A stretch of 64,000 bases of DNA from a virus. Its lineage: Duplodnaviria > Heunggongvirae > Uroviricota > Caudoviricetes. Both the position numbers and the translations under genes were made by a program. Below the pieces are notes generated by a model. That model was not told the origin of the DNA and did no database searches. It saw only the letters and a list, made by a program, of their open reading frames with translations. Shown here piece by piece: positions 1 to 9,390 of the stretch. The DNA lies in IMG/VR virus record IMGVR_UViG_3300018065_000012; one strand, 5' to 3'. Position 1 is the first letter of the stretch. Each line of letters starts with the position of its first letter.

Positions 1-2
1 CA

Positions 3-146
3 TTGCCAGAATGGGAGGAAGGAAAACATTGGGTGATGTGTCCAAAAGGAGGGTTGCTTTCACATACAGATGATGCGCCAAAAGAATGTCCATATAAACT
101 TGAGCATTTAATGAGGACAAGCAATGTTGAGCAAAGGCATTTGTGA
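3..146 (+). CDS. Array unit (5'-partial)
   Basis: ..VMCP..DAPKECPYKLEHLMRT; not in ORF track. Confidence 0.8.
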   Translation: MPEWEEGKHWVMCPKGGLLSHTDDAPKECPYKLEHLMRTSNVEQRHL

Positions 147-606
147 CCAATGTCTGAAAAAGAAGAACATTCCGCGCATCAGCCATGTTGAATGGTATTT
201 GGATAAAGAATTGTCTTGTGCAGAGCTGGGCCTCCGATTGGGAATTGAAAGCCTTGTTCCGAAGGAATGCCCTTTTCACTTGGAGCAGACTATTGAAGGT
301 AAACGGTTTAAAGAACGGCTCAAACGCGGGATTGCTTATGTTGCAAGACCAGCTTTGTGGACCTTTGCTTGTATCGCAATCATCATAATTATTTTTGGTT
401 TTGTGCGGATAGTTACCGAAGATGAAGTTACCATGAGACCATATAGGGAAGATAAAGTTACGAAATATTATCGAGAAGAATTTCGACCAAAATTAGCACG
501 GACTGATTCAGTTGTTTCGCGGGGCAAAATCAGTCAGCTTGAAAATGAAGTTGAAAAATTGAAAAAGGTAATTCAGGAGATGAAAGATGGAACAACCGGA
601 AATTGA
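124..606 (+). CDS. Array unit fused to a TM helix and coiled-coil tail
   Basis: MLSKGICDQC..VPKECPFHLEQ, then LWTFACIAIIIIIFGFVRIV. Confidence 0.8.
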   Translation: MLSKGICDQCLKKKNIPRISHVEWYLDKELSCAELGLRLGIESLVPKECPFHLEQTIEGKRFKERLKRGIAYVARPALWTFACIAIIIIIFGFVRIVTEDEVTMRPYREDKVTKYYREEFRPKLARTDSVVSRGKISQLENEVEKLKKVIQEMKDGTTGN

Positions 607-805
607 TTGGGCGGTTTTTGACAAATATCCAGAAAACACTTGTTATTGCCGCTGTGATGCAGTTTTCAGAAGTCATGCTAAAAGCGTTATTATGCCAGAT
701 GAAAGCCTTCAAATGATTACGCGAAGCCCTTGTCCCAATTGTGGCAAGAACGATGACTGTTGGAGAATCTCAGGTGATCCAGAAACCTTTATGGTGAACG
801 AATGA
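587..805 (+). CDS. Hypothetical Cys-rich (zinc-ribbon-like) protein
   Basis: CYCRC..CPNC; overlaps neighbours. Confidence 0.65.
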   Translation: MEQPEIDWAVFDKYPENTCYCRCDAVFRSHAKSVIMPDESLQMITRSPCPNCGKNDDCWRISGDPETFMVNE

Positions 806-1215
806 TCACAGAACAAGTCAAACGGTTTTATGAGGAACAGACTGGCAAAAAAGTTAAGCATGCGAGAGTTTGTCTTCATAACATTCAGCGTGTTTTGGAA
901 GTTTGGAAATTCAACGTTGAAGATGCTGTGATTGAGAACCACAAAGACAGCAAATGGAATCAGCGAAGCAATCGGACAAAGTTGGAAAGGCACGCGGCTT
1001 GTGTTGGTGGAAATGAAAAAGAAAAATTACGTTGGTGGGTTGTTCCGAAAAAGCTTCCGACAGAATTGCGATTAAGTAAAACGTGTCAAAGTTGTATGAA
1101 GAATAACGAGAACTCACATTGGCATTGCTTGATACGGTTGTATTGTTATCATTCATCGTATCCAAAATTTTGTGAATACAAAATGGAAAAGATGGTTGAG
1201 TTTCAAACATGTTGA
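802..1215 (+). CDS. Hypothetical protein with a degenerate array unit at its C-terminus
   Basis: LSKTCQSC..C..YPKFCEYKMEKMVEFQ. Confidence 0.65.
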   Translation: MITEQVKRFYEEQTGKKVKHARVCLHNIQRVLEVWKFNVEDAVIENHKDSKWNQRSNRTKLERHAACVGGNEKEKLRWWVVPKKLPTELRLSKTCQSCMKNNENSHWHCLIRLYCYHSSYPKFCEYKMEKMVEFQTC

Positions 1216-1412
1216 GTAGGCGCATTTGCAAAAAATGTAAGCACTTTGAAGCACTCTGCATGCGCAGATGGGGGTGTTGGTTGAAACATCCTGAAGCGAA
1301 ACATTGGACGGCTTTTATGGATTCGCGGGAAAAGAAAGACAGCCCTTTTGAATTTGATTGCCCTTATGCTATGGAGCACATGCTGGTTGAAGGCAAAAAG
1401 CTTTGGTGGTAA
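1209..1412 (+). CDS. Array unit
   Basis: MLSRRICKKC..DCPYAMEHML. Confidence 0.85.
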   Translation: MLSRRICKKCKHFEALCMRRWGCWLKHPEAKHWTAFMDSREKKDSPFEFDCPYAMEHMLVEGKKLWW

Positions 1413-1415
1413 TAG

Positions 1416-1628
1416 ATGCTTAATAAGAAAATATGCCAACAATGTTTCAAACGACGCAACGTTGAATGGGATTTTGAAGACGAAAACGATTGGAACGGGG
1501 AAGAATACAACCCGCATGTCCATTGCTTTTCTGAGTGGCAAAGCAGGTTTGCGTTTGTTGAGGGCGAACCTCCAGAATGGTGTAATTATTATTTGGAACA
1601 ATTTTTGTTGCAAAAGGGAGAAAAATGA
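1416..1628 (+). CDS. Array unit
   Basis: MLNKKICQQC..PPEWCNYYLEQF. Confidence 0.85.
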   Translation: MLNKKICQQCFKRRNVEWDFEDENDWNGEEYNPHVHCFSEWQSRFAFVEGEPPEWCNYYLEQFLLQKGEK

Positions 1629-1813
1629 TTACAATAGAGACCCAGACTCAAATTGTGATTACGATCAACGCCAAGACAAAGGGTGATTTTGAAACGTTGA
1701 AGGAAGCCAAAGATGTTATATCCAAAGCTGCGGTGAATACCAAATTGGCGGAGGCAGTAAAGAATACGCTCATTACGATCTCGGGCGGGATTGAGACAGT
1801 GGTTGGAGTGTAG
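1625..1813 (+). CDS. Hypothetical protein
   Basis: ATGA-coupled ORF. Confidence 0.6.
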   Translation: MITIETQTQIVITINAKTKGDFETLKEAKDVISKAAVNTKLAEAVKNTLITISGGIETVVGV

Positions 1814-1815
1814 CA

Positions 1816-2238
1816 ATGAAGCACGATTTGCTCCCGCATATTGAAAAAGATTTGATAACTGTTTCAAAAGCATTTATAGATATTGGTTGGAAACGGGAAC
1901 AGTTTGATGCGGTTTCATTGAAAACTCCTGTTGATGTTTTTCTTGTGTTTGCTCCAGAGTTGATGTATTTTTGGACAAAGGACCGGGAAAAAGCAAGGAC
2001 GGTTTGGATAGCGTGTATTTATCAAAATACACTATCGGAAAGTGAACTAAGAGACGTTGGAGAATTTCTTAAATCAGAAGTTGCAAAACTCCCTTGGCGT
2101 CCGTTCAAGGATGAAGATGCTTTTTTACAGATGTTCAGAAGGAGACGGGATAGGCGTGGAAGGAAATGGAGCGACCTTGTTTTCTATTTGAACCCAGACT
2201 TTCCGAAAGGCATTTGGGTTAATCATGCATTAGGTTGA
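1816..2238 (+). CDS. Hypothetical protein
   Basis: 140-aa ORF. Confidence 0.65.
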   Translation: MKHDLLPHIEKDLITVSKAFIDIGWKREQFDAVSLKTPVDVFLVFAPELMYFWTKDREKARTVWIACIYQNTLSESELRDVGEFLKSEVAKLPWRPFKDEDAFLQMFRRRRDRRGRKWSDLVFYLNPDFPKGIWVNHALG

Positions 2239-2241
2239 CAA

Positions 2242-2493
2242 ATGTTGAACAAAGAAGTTTGCAAAACGTGTATCAATAAATTCGGTCCCAAAATGGGCGC
2301 AGGGACGAAGTGGCAAAGTCAAAAGATGGACGATGAGGGAGCTTGGAAAAACAATAGGGTGACGTGCCCATTTTATTTCATTCGCCGAGAAAGGCCAATT
2401 GTAAATCAGAAGCAGGATATACGCAAGTTGCCGCCAAAGCATTGTAGATACGCTCTTGAACATTTGGTGGAGATGAAAAGTGTTGAAGTGTAA
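2242..2493 (+). CDS. Array unit
   Basis: MLNKEVCKTC..PPKHCRYALEHLVE. Confidence 0.85.
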   Translation: MLNKEVCKTCINKFGPKMGAGTKWQSQKMDDEGAWKNNRVTCPFYFIRRERPIVNQKQDIRKLPPKHCRYALEHLVEMKSVEV

Positions 2494-2698
2494 AGACTTC
2501 TGTAGAAAACGGTGCCCAGCGACAGAGCAATGGGCTTGTATCAGCACGGTAAATCTTATTCGTAGTTATTGGCGCAACAGGAAAGCCGATTACACGGCGG
2601 AGATTGAGCATTATGCGGCGCATGTTCCAGATGATTGCCCGTATTATCTTGAACAATTTTTTGAAAATCAGGAAATTTTACAGACTGAGATTGTATAA
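2480..2698 (+). CDS. Array unit
   Basis: MLKCKDFCRKRC..PDDCPYYLEQF. Confidence 0.8.
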   Translation: MLKCKDFCRKRCPATEQWACISTVNLIRSYWRNRKADYTAEIEHYAAHVPDDCPYYLEQFFENQEILQTEIV

Positions 2699-2699
2699 T
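2691..2699 (+). promoter_or_regulatory. TTGTATAAT -10-like element
   Basis: Same 9-mer at 7296, 17114, 23282, 28087 and 44324, each at or near a gene boundary ahead of a gene start. Confidence 0.55.
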
Positions 2700-2731
2700 T
2701 TAGCAATCTATTTTTCTAAAGGAGGAATGTA

Positions 2732-2893
2732 ATGGCTGACGAGCAACGGAAGATGTGTCCTATCTTGACCGCTGGTCTTGTTGCAAAACAAGGTATTCCA
2801 GAAGACAAATGGACGTCATTGCTCTGTCGGGGTGATGACTGTCAGTGTTGGAAATTGTGTTCTGGCGAAGAAGCTGAAGACGACGACGAATAA
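2732..2893 (+). CDS. Small Cys-containing hypothetical protein
   Basis: AAAGGAGG RBS; MADEQRKMCPIL..CRGDDCQCW; not in ORF track. Confidence 0.7.
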   Translation: MADEQRKMCPILTAGLVAKQGIPEDKWTSLLCRGDDCQCWKLCSGEEAEDDDE

Positions 2894-2936
2894 CTTTTGA
2901 AGTTGTTTTTGCTAAACGAGCTAACAGGGATTCTCT

Positions 2937-3227
2937 GTGCTGAGCAAACGTATTTGTTATCAGTGTCATAAGGTATACCATCATTATTGGAACCATCATG
3001 ATGATAAACTTTGGGGCGAAGGTCGTGTGAAATGCAAATTTATGGGCATGCCGGAAGATGCCCCGCGTTGTTTTGGAGATTGGAAAAAAGTTAGCTACTG
3101 GTGTTCCAATTGTGAAATTTCGGTTCAATGCAGCCGTTACAAAGACAAGATAGTTTTCACGCGGTATTCACCGCCTGCGAAATGTCCTTTCCGCTTGGAG
3201 CAATTATTGGATTTGCAAAATGAATGA
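2937..3227 (+). CDS. Array unit
   Basis: MLSKRICYQC..PPAKCPFRLEQL. Confidence 0.85.
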   Translation: MLSKRICYQCHKVYHHYWNHHDDKLWGEGRVKCKFMGMPEDAPRCFGDWKKVSYWCSNCEISVQCSRYKDKIVFTRYSPPAKCPFRLEQLLDLQNE

Positions 3228-3453
3228 CACGACAGTTCAATGCAAAGAATGCGGCAATGAGAAAGCTGTGGTGTTTGAAGAATGTCTTGTCAACGGTTGG
3301 CCAAAGTGTTGTGGCTATACGATGATGACGAAAGAAACAAAGACTGACATCGGGAAAGCAATCAACAACAAGGTTGGAAAACCGTTTAAGACGTTCCTTG
3401 ATTCAATGGAAAAGCATTTCAAGGAGCAAGACGAAAACTCAAAAGGGAAATAG
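3220..3453 (+). CDS. Zinc-ribbon-like hypothetical protein
   Basis: CKEC..CC; coupled start. Confidence 0.65.
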   Translation: MNDTTVQCKECGNEKAVVFEECLVNGWPKCCGYTMMTKETKTDIGKAINNKVGKPFKTFLDSMEKHFKEQDENSKGK

Positions 3454-3455
3454 AA

Positions 3456-3677
3456 ATGTTAAAACATGATTTTGAATGTAAACGTTGCGGCAAGCCGGTT
3501 CAACTTGAGAGAGCCTTCCCAGAAAGTACAATCATAGAGTATTGTTCCAGTTGTATCCAACCAAAAGAGAAAATTACCGCAAAGCAAATATGCAAAAACA
3601 TTCGTCCAGAAGGATATTCGCCTTATAGACAATTGGTGAAGGCGGTGATACCTGATGCTGAGCAAGAGGGTTTGTGA
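3456..3677 (+). CDS. Zinc-ribbon-like hypothetical protein
   Basis: CKRC..CSSC. Confidence 0.6.
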   Translation: MLKHDFECKRCGKPVQLERAFPESTIIEYCSSCIQPKEKITAKQICKNIRPEGYSPYRQLVKAVIPDAEQEGL

Positions 3678-3864
3678 ACAATGTAGGCATTGCAAGTCAG
3701 CGGTCTTTTATGGTCCAATTCATTGGCTGCTGAAATGTGATAAAAGTGCATACATGATCATCACACCACCCCAAACAAGTACAGACGATATTTGCTATAC
3801 AAATCCTACCCCAGAAGGGTGTCCTTACGATTTGGAACATCTTTTGGAGATGCAAGATGGCTAA
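3655..3864 (+). CDS. Array unit
   Basis: MLSKRVCEQC..PEGCPYDLEHLL. Confidence 0.85.
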   Translation: MLSKRVCEQCRHCKSAVFYGPIHWLLKCDKSAYMIITPPQTSTDDICYTNPTPEGCPYDLEHLLEMQDG

Positions 3865-4021
3865 TGAAATTCTTGCCATGCCTGAAGAAAGTCTTGACGA
3901 GGTCATCAAAGTCATCCGTACTGGACTGGAACATGTAGTGGTGGCTAAGAAAGTCAGAAAAAATTTGCTTAAATGATGCGATGAAGAGGAAGAGTATTTG
4001 GAACGGCTGATGAGCGAATAA
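3857..4021 (+). pseudogene. Small hypothetical gene with an internal TGA
   Basis: MANEILAMPEESLDEVIK..NLLK*CDEEEEYLERLMSE; TGA at 3974-3976, frame continues to TAA just before the next unit. Confidence 0.45.
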
Positions 4022-4237
4022 ATGTTGAGCTTAGAGATTTGCAAACGTTGTAAAAGTTACAAGGACCGGCCTTTTGGATTTCTCACACATCCTCGTTGGG
4101 AATGTAAAGCGAATCAGGAGCTTGCTGATTTTGGTCGGGTGCGTTTGAATCGGGTTTTGTTCAAGTATTCAGAAGTCCCGCCCCATTGCCCGTTTGAGCT
4201 TGAACATGTAGTTGATACACAAAAGGAGAAAAAATGA
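4022..4237 (+). CDS. Array unit
   Basis: MLSLEICKRC..PPHCPFELEHVV. Confidence 0.85.
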   Translation: MLSLEICKRCKSYKDRPFGFLTHPRWECKANQELADFGRVRLNRVLFKYSEVPPHCPFELEHVVDTQKEKK

Positions 4238-4818
4238 ATTCGGGGAAAGCCCTTCTTGTCATTATTGTCTTAATCGTTCTTATGGCGCTTGCTCAGATAG
4301 TTAATATTATTGCAGAATATGCTGCAAAACAAGAAAGAAAGAAGCTTGGGTGGAAACCAGTTGAAACAGTTTCTGCTGAAGAAGTCAAGAAAATCAAAAA
4401 GGAAGCCAAAGAGGAATTCAAAAAGTCTCGGGGGAAAATTATCGAACCGGACCTTTCCGTTTTGAGCGTTTTGGATTTCAAGACAATTACAAGCGCCAAA
4501 GGGAATAGCGCAGGCATAGTAGAGACCGCTGTTGGTAAACAACTGGATGGAACGTTTGTTCTTTTCGACGTTGAAGATAGGAACGGGAAATACAAGCTCA
4601 ACATTGATTCTGTGGAAGTGTTGCCCAACTTGAATCTGTCTGTCTGGAGCGTTTTTGTTCAGGATAAAACTGTAGCTTTGAGCCTCAAACGCGGAGACAA
4701 AGTACGCGTAAGGGGAAAAATAGCGGCTGCGAAATTTAACTTATTGACTTATGGTACAAATTTATCCGTTGAGCTTGAAGGCGTCAAAGTTGAAAAGGTT
4801 AAGTTTGATGCTGAGTAA
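4234..4818 (+). CDS. Membrane-anchored protein with a probable OB-fold (tRNA_anti-like) domain
   Basis: N-terminal TM helix; LKRGDKVRVRGKI strand pattern. Confidence 0.55.
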   Translation: MNSGKALLVIIVLIVLMALAQIVNIIAEYAAKQERKKLGWKPVETVSAEEVKKIKKEAKEEFKKSRGKIIEPDLSVLSVLDFKTITSAKGNSAGIVETAVGKQLDGTFVLFDVEDRNGKYKLNIDSVEVLPNLNLSVWSVFVQDKTVALSLKRGDKVRVRGKIAAAKFNLLTYGTNLSVELEGVKVEKVKFDAE

Positions 4819-5110
4819 ACGTGTTTGTAAATCATGTATGGACAGAAGAAAATTCATCGTTGATTGGAATAGCGATAGCGAGAAGTGCTGGCGTAATGAA
4901 AAAGCAATTGACGCGCCCTGCGTAACGCATGACGATTATTGGTCGTACATCGTCAGAGAACAGCTGAGGCAAAAACAGTTTCCGCTTTGGTGTCAATATC
5001 GGCTTGAACACATGATGGATTTGCAAGGAGATGAAAATGAAACTCGAAAGAAAAATCGTCGCTCATGGGATCAGAAAATTCATGAGCAAGAAGAAGCAAA
5101 AGAAGCATAG
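4808..5110 (+). CDS. Array unit
   Basis: MLSKRVCKSC..PLWCQYRLEHMM (ATG at 4808). Confidence 0.8.
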   Translation: MLSKRVCKSCMDRRKFIVDWNSDSEKCWRNEKAIDAPCVTHDDYWSYIVREQLRQKQFPLWCQYRLEHMMDLQGDENETRKKNRRSWDQKIHEQEEAKEA

Positions 5111-5255
5111 CAAATGTCCTGAGTGCGGAAGTAAGGATTGCGGTTTTACTGTTCACGAAGATGATATTGATTTCTTTTGTACAGAATGTAGTTGTAGATG
5201 GAACGTTTCTCCCGAAAAGACAAAGGCAAAACGATCAAGGAAGCAAAGTGCTTAG
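5031..5255 (+). CDS. Zinc-ribbon protein
   Basis: CPECGS..FCTECSCRW. Confidence 0.65.
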   Translation: MKMKLERKIVAHGIRKFMSKKKQKKHSKCPECGSKDCGFTVHEDDIDFFCTECSCRWNVSPEKTKAKRSRKQSA

Positions 5256-5442
5256 CAGAAAAGTCTGTATCAAATGTAAGCATTATTGCGGGTTTTCCAA
5301 AGGCAAGGGCGTCTTGTGTCATGCCGCATTTACAAGGCTTTGGGGTTCTGCTCGGTTTTTAGACGAACCGCCAGAGGAATGTCGCTTTGGTTTGGAACAT
5401 CTTATTGAAACTCAGAACAACAAGGAGTACGACCAATTTTAA
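5248..5442 (+). CDS. Array unit
   Basis: GTG start; LSRKVCIKC..PPEECRFGLEHLI. Confidence 0.8.
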   Translation: MLSRKVCIKCKHYCGFSKGKGVLCHAAFTRLWGSARFLDEPPEECRFGLEHLIETQNNKEYDQF

Positions 5443-5672
5443 GCAAAGAAATTTGTATTCATTGCCATGGTACTTATATTCAAAGAAAGTGCAATGAAGA
5501 GCATAAAGCGTGCGGTCCGGGAACTCATGATTGGAAGGAATCAGATGAGGAAAAATGGATTGACCCCGAGTGGCATCACGTTACTTGCTGGGGCGGTTCA
5601 ACAGGCGTTGAGGAACCACCGCCAGAATGGTGCCCTTTTCATCTTGAGCATTTAATGAAGGAACAACAATGA
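5436..5672 (+). CDS. Array unit with a probable ATT start
   Basis: AAGGAG 8 nt before ATT; ILSKEICIHC..PPPEWCPFHLEHLM; missed by ORF track. Confidence 0.7.
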   Translation: MLSKEICIHCHGTYIQRKCNEEHKACGPGTHDWKESDEEKWIDPEWHHVTCWGGSTGVEEPPPEWCPFHLEHLMKEQQ

Positions 5673-6355
5673 GTAATATCACATCCAACAATACTGCGAT
5701 CATTGCTCAGAACAAAACCAATTTGCTCATGCGGTGCCCCAATTTGATAGAAGATAGCGCAATTGCTTTGGATGAACTTCAAACCATTCTTAAAACTGAC
5801 TTGACAAAATATACATTCGTTGATTTCTGCTTGCTCGAAGATACTGGTGAACGTTTTGTTTGGAAAACTGAGTTTCAGTCTTTTGGAATTTCAAAGCAAT
5901 GGATTGATGACCATTTCCCGAGCGATAAATTCCCACCGTGGAGTTATTCAAAAATTTGGAACCCAAAAACGTTTTACGGAACACAATTCAAAGTTGAAGG
6001 AAAAGAGCACGACGGTTCTTTTGTCTGGTGGCCTTTGACCGGAGTTCACAACCCATCAGACAAAACGGAAGCGCACAACGCCGTTGCGCCAGACGGTTGG
6101 AACTTTTCGGGTTGTGTTGACTATCTAATTGAGTTGTTTCAAAACAAGAAAAAGACGGCTGTCGCTTTTCATTGCATGTCTGGTGCTGATAGAACTGGCG
6201 CGTTACACGCTGGATATTTGATGAAGACAGAAAGTTTGAACGTAACGGATGCCGTTAAGAAGGCGACGAGTTATGTCAGAATTGGCGCGCCCAGTGTAGA
6301 TTATATTAACTTGCTTACGGTTTATGAACGCTGGCTTGCTGGGAGTTCAAAATGA
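5669..6355 (+). CDS. Protein-tyrosine/dual-specificity phosphatase family protein
   Basis: HCMSGADRTG is the HCX5R P-loop. Confidence 0.85.
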   Translation: MSNITSNNTAIIAQNKTNLLMRCPNLIEDSAIALDELQTILKTDLTKYTFVDFCLLEDTGERFVWKTEFQSFGISKQWIDDHFPSDKFPPWSYSKIWNPKTFYGTQFKVEGKEHDGSFVWWPLTGVHNPSDKTEAHNAVAPDGWNFSGCVDYLIELFQNKKKTAVAFHCMSGADRTGALHAGYLMKTESLNVTDAVKKATSYVRIGAPSVDYINLLTVYERWLAGSSK

Positions 6356-6675
6356 AACAGCAAGATATAATTGATGAGATTGAAGAGAAGCTTTCCGAAC
6401 GGGAAAGTCGCATCAAGATGCTCCACAAAGAAATTGGAAAGCTTGTTGACGAGAATTTGAGGCTCAAACGGCGAATTAAATCTGACGTTGTCGCGTTGCA
6501 TAACGCTCTTGCTGAAATCAAAAAGTTAAATGAGATGATGGGAATTGCGGCAGGTACAACGTCGTCTGGTTGGAACAAGATTGCTGATATTGTAGCCAAG
6601 AAAGCAAACTGTCAGCCTATGACGGATATACTCAGGAGTCTTGCGAGAATTTCCGATAAGAAGGGTTCATGGTAA
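6352..6675 (+). CDS. Coiled-coil hypothetical protein
   Basis: Heptad pattern, coupled. Confidence 0.65.
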   Translation: MKQQDIIDEIEEKLSERESRIKMLHKEIGKLVDENLRLKRRIKSDVVALHNALAEIKKLNEMMGIAAGTTSSGWNKIADIVAKKANCQPMTDILRSLARISDKKGSW

Positions 6676-7226
6676 GAAAATTACCACATTGGGCTGATTT
6701 GGAATTACTAAAGACACATATCGTTGGAACCAATACGTTTTTCTACAAAAGCGACCTCAAGAAAAAGAAATCAAGATACATTCGTTGCTTTCCTGCTCTT
6801 TGGCATAAGCAAATGAGTTGGTTGACATTCCTATACCGAGGAAAGTTTCAGCTACGAAAGAAAACGCGACTGAATGGATCAGCGGAGCTTGATCCAAGAA
6901 CGGGGACGATCATTATCATCACGGACGAGGCAAGGATCAAACTTCATGGAAAGCCTTGGAAGATACGTTCGCTCGTATCAACGTATTTTCATGAGCTTGC
7001 TCATCTCGTTCAGACGAATATTCGAGTTGTGACCGGACAGTATCCAAAAAAGACGTCGTTTGAAGAAAACTTTCTTTACGAGAGAACGGCTGAACGGCTG
7101 GGATATTTTCTCGCTAAACAGCATGCTCCGAATTTGAAATTTCACCACGGAGAATTTCGTGGCTACCTTTCGAAGTACGATAAGAATTTCATCCGCGAAT
7201 GTCTTGCGGGGGAAATGTATTCATGA
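6669..7226 (+). CDS. Putative zincin-like metallopeptidase-domain protein
   Basis: FHELAH (HExxH) with a downstream E..AE. Confidence 0.6.
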   Translation: MVRKLPHWADLELLKTHIVGTNTFFYKSDLKKKKSRYIRCFPALWHKQMSWLTFLYRGKFQLRKKTRLNGSAELDPRTGTIIIITDEARIKLHGKPWKIRSLVSTYFHELAHLVQTNIRVVTGQYPKKTSFEENFLYERTAERLGYFLAKQHAPNLKFHHGEFRGYLSKYDKNFIRECLAGEMYS

Positions 7227-7295
7227 ACATCATGCCTTCCGGCCTAAATTAAAAGACAAAACCAATTGAATTTCAGCAAAATTTGGGCGTCGAAA

Positions 7296-7304
7296 TTGTA
7301 TAAT
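7296..7304 (+). promoter_or_regulatory. TTGTATAAT -10-like element
   Basis: Intergenic copy, preceded by CAGCAAAAT as in other copies. Confidence 0.55.
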
Positions 7305-7333
7305 TTAACAAGGAAACGTATCGGGAGAACGTG

Positions 7334-7507
7334 ATGCCTGTCTACTCAGCAACCAATCAGTTGCGCTGGTTGGTCAAGGATGGAAAGATTGTATTGCAAC
7401 AGGCTTACGCCATACAAGGAAGATTCATAAAGCAAGAAATCCAATGGCGGGACGTTCCTATTGTGGAGGAAAACGATGAAGAGGTTTGCGATGAAAATGG
7501 AAAGTGA
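7334..7507 (+). CDS. Small hypothetical protein
   Basis: GGGAG RBS; LQQAY..QWRDVPIV; not in ORF track. Confidence 0.6.
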   Translation: MPVYSATNQLRWLVKDGKIVLQQAYAIQGRFIKQEIQWRDVPIVEENDEEVCDENGK

Positions 7508-8045
7508 AGAAATTATTGGACAAGGCGATCATCTTGTTTTGAAGCGGTTGAAATATCACGACGGTGAAAAACAGCGGGAGTGGGAAAGCGCTGATAGAAA
7601 GAACCAAGTCAAGGCGGTGAACGTCATTTCTCAATTTCAGCCGTCTGGCCATTACCTTTTGGTACAGCAATTTCGCCCACCTGCTCTTGGAAGTGTGATT
7701 GAATTTCCTGCGGGGTTGATCGATAAGGGCGAAACGATTGAACAAGCCGCGTTGAGAGAACTCAAAGAGGAAACAGGTTATGAAGGGGTTGTTGACCATG
7801 TTTCTCCACCTTCGTTCAGTTCTCCGGGGATGAGCGGAGAGCAGGTTTATACGACGTTGGTCACAATTGACGAAAAGTTTTATGCGAACCGGAAAGCGCC
7901 CAAACAAGACCTTGATCTTGGCGAACGCATTGAGGTTCACATCGTAATAGACGTAGAAAAGTTTTTGAAAGCAGCCAGAGAGAAAGGCTGTGTATTGAGC
8001 GGCAGAATGCTGAGTTACTTTTTGGGGAAAGGTTTCAAGGTATGA
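7476..8045 (+). CDS. Nudix hydrolase (ADP-ribose pyrophosphatase-like)
   Basis: EFPAGLIDKGETIEQAALRELKEETGY Nudix box; downstream SPGMSGE. Confidence 0.9.
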   Translation: MKRFAMKMESEEIIGQGDHLVLKRLKYHDGEKQREWESADRKNQVKAVNVISQFQPSGHYLLVQQFRPPALGSVIEFPAGLIDKGETIEQAALRELKEETGYEGVVDHVSPPSFSSPGMSGEQVYTTLVTIDEKFYANRKAPKQDLDLGERIEVHIVIDVEKFLKAAREKGCVLSGRMLSYFLGKGFKV

Positions 8046-8284
8046 AAGTACAAAGAGAAACTATTGAAAAGGTTTTGATTTTCCTTGAGCTTTTCTGCGT
8101 GATCATTCTCGCTATCAGCGCTTTGAAGATTATTTTCTACCTATTCATGATTCCAAACAGCCTTGATATGTTGGAAACGACCAGAGCAGAAGCTTTTGCT
8201 GAAATCAAAGTACAAGCAATGGTAATGGTTGCGTTTGCTATTGCTGCAATGTATACACATGGTTCGCGGAAGGATTTGTTGTGA
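8042..8284 (+). CDS. Small membrane protein
   Basis: Two hydrophobic segments. Confidence 0.6.
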   Translation: MKVQRETIEKVLIFLELFCVIILAISALKIIFYLFMIPNSLDMLETTRAEAFAEIKVQAMVMVAFAIAAMYTHGSRKDLL

Positions 8285-8499
8285 GACAATTGAGCAAAAA
8301 GGTTTGCAAAGGTTGCCGCAAACAATATGGCTGGGCGTGGTATGAAGACATTGAAAGGGCTTGGAACAAGGAAGGGAAAATAGTTTGTCCTGCGACCTTA
8401 AGGCCAGACGACCCTCATGCAAATGATATTTCTGAAGGACCGCCTGAGTTTTGTCCGTTTGTTCTCGAACACTTGTTGGAATTGCAAGATGTTAAGTAG
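8281..8499 (+). CDS. Array unit
   Basis: LSKKVCKGC..PPEFCPFVLEHLL. Confidence 0.85.
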   Translation: MRQLSKKVCKGCRKQYGWAWYEDIERAWNKEGKIVCPATLRPDDPHANDISEGPPEFCPFVLEHLLELQDVK

Positions 8500-8692
8500 A
8501 AAGATTTGCATACAATGTCAAGGGGATGATTGGTTCGACTATGACGACATGTGTTGGAGGAAGCATGAAACGGTTCATTGTATGCCCCAAAGGAGAACGC
8601 TTGAAAATTATTTTGGAACAAATGTAAAAGGGCCAGCTCCAGATTGGTGTCCTTTTGCTCTTGAACATTTGATGGAAGCTCAAAGATGTTAA
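8489..8692 (+). CDS. Array unit
   Basis: MLSRKICIQC..APDWCPFALEHLM. Confidence 0.85.
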   Translation: MLSRKICIQCQGDDWFDYDDMCWRKHETVHCMPQRRTLENYFGTNVKGPAPDWCPFALEHLMEAQRC

Positions 8693-8883
8693 GCAAGGAG
8701 ATTTGTAAAAAGTGCATAAATTCAGAAGACAAATGGGACAAATATGATGAAAAGAATTGGAAGAAATTTTGCGAAGTAATTTGTCTGATAGGCCACGAAG
8801 GACGCCCTGATAATATAAGCATAAAAGAGGAACCGCCGGAGAATTGTCCTTTTACTTTGGAACATATTATGGAAACGCAATGA
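8686..8883 (+). CDS. Array unit
   Basis: MLSKEICKKC..PPENCPFTLEHIM. Confidence 0.85.
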   Translation: MLSKEICKKCINSEDKWDKYDEKNWKKFCEVICLIGHEGRPDNISIKEEPPENCPFTLEHIMETQ

Positions 8884-9164
8884 AACGCTGCTGTGCAACA
8901 TGTGACATGTTTCCAACTTGCGCTATTGCAAGAAACTATATAAAACATACTGACTGGACGAGGGTCGGCGGAAGTTGTCTTGAATGGTCAAACAAAGATT
9001 TTTTTGAAAGCGCTGAGCGGAATATAGAAATTTGCAAGAAGTGTGAAGAAACGAAAATGACTTACAATTGCTGGATGCATTGCTACGTTGCTGACTTGGA
9101 TACTATTCCGCGTGATTGTCCGTTTTTCCTTGAGCAATTTATGAGTAAGAAAAATGCTGAGTAA
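8880..9164 (+). CDS. Array unit with an extra Cys-rich N-terminal segment
   Basis: MKRCCATC..EICKKC..IPRDCPFFLEQF. Confidence 0.75.
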   Translation: MKRCCATCDMFPTCAIARNYIKHTDWTRVGGSCLEWSNKDFFESAERNIEICKKCEETKMTYNCWMHCYVADLDTIPRDCPFFLEQFMSKKNAE

Positions 9165-9390
9165 AAAGATATGTCAGAAGTGTTACGAATATTACGATTG
9201 GCCTTGGGAAAGCGCACAAAACAATTTGATGGTTCCAAGAGACGATGGTCCACCGTGGCGCACAAGTCAAAGAATAATGTGTCTTTCAAGAGAAACGTTG
9301 CCACTACATATTGCGCGGACAAACGAGCCGCCACCGGAATGGTGCCCGTTTTCTTTGGAACATGTTTTGGAAATGCAAGATGGATCATGA
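9154..9390 (+). CDS. Array unit
   Basis: MLSKKICQKC..PPPEWCPFSLEHVL. Confidence 0.85.
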   Translation: MLSKKICQKCYEYYDWPWESAQNNLMVPRDDGPPWRTSQRIMCLSRETLPLHIARTNEPPPEWCPFSLEHVLEMQDGS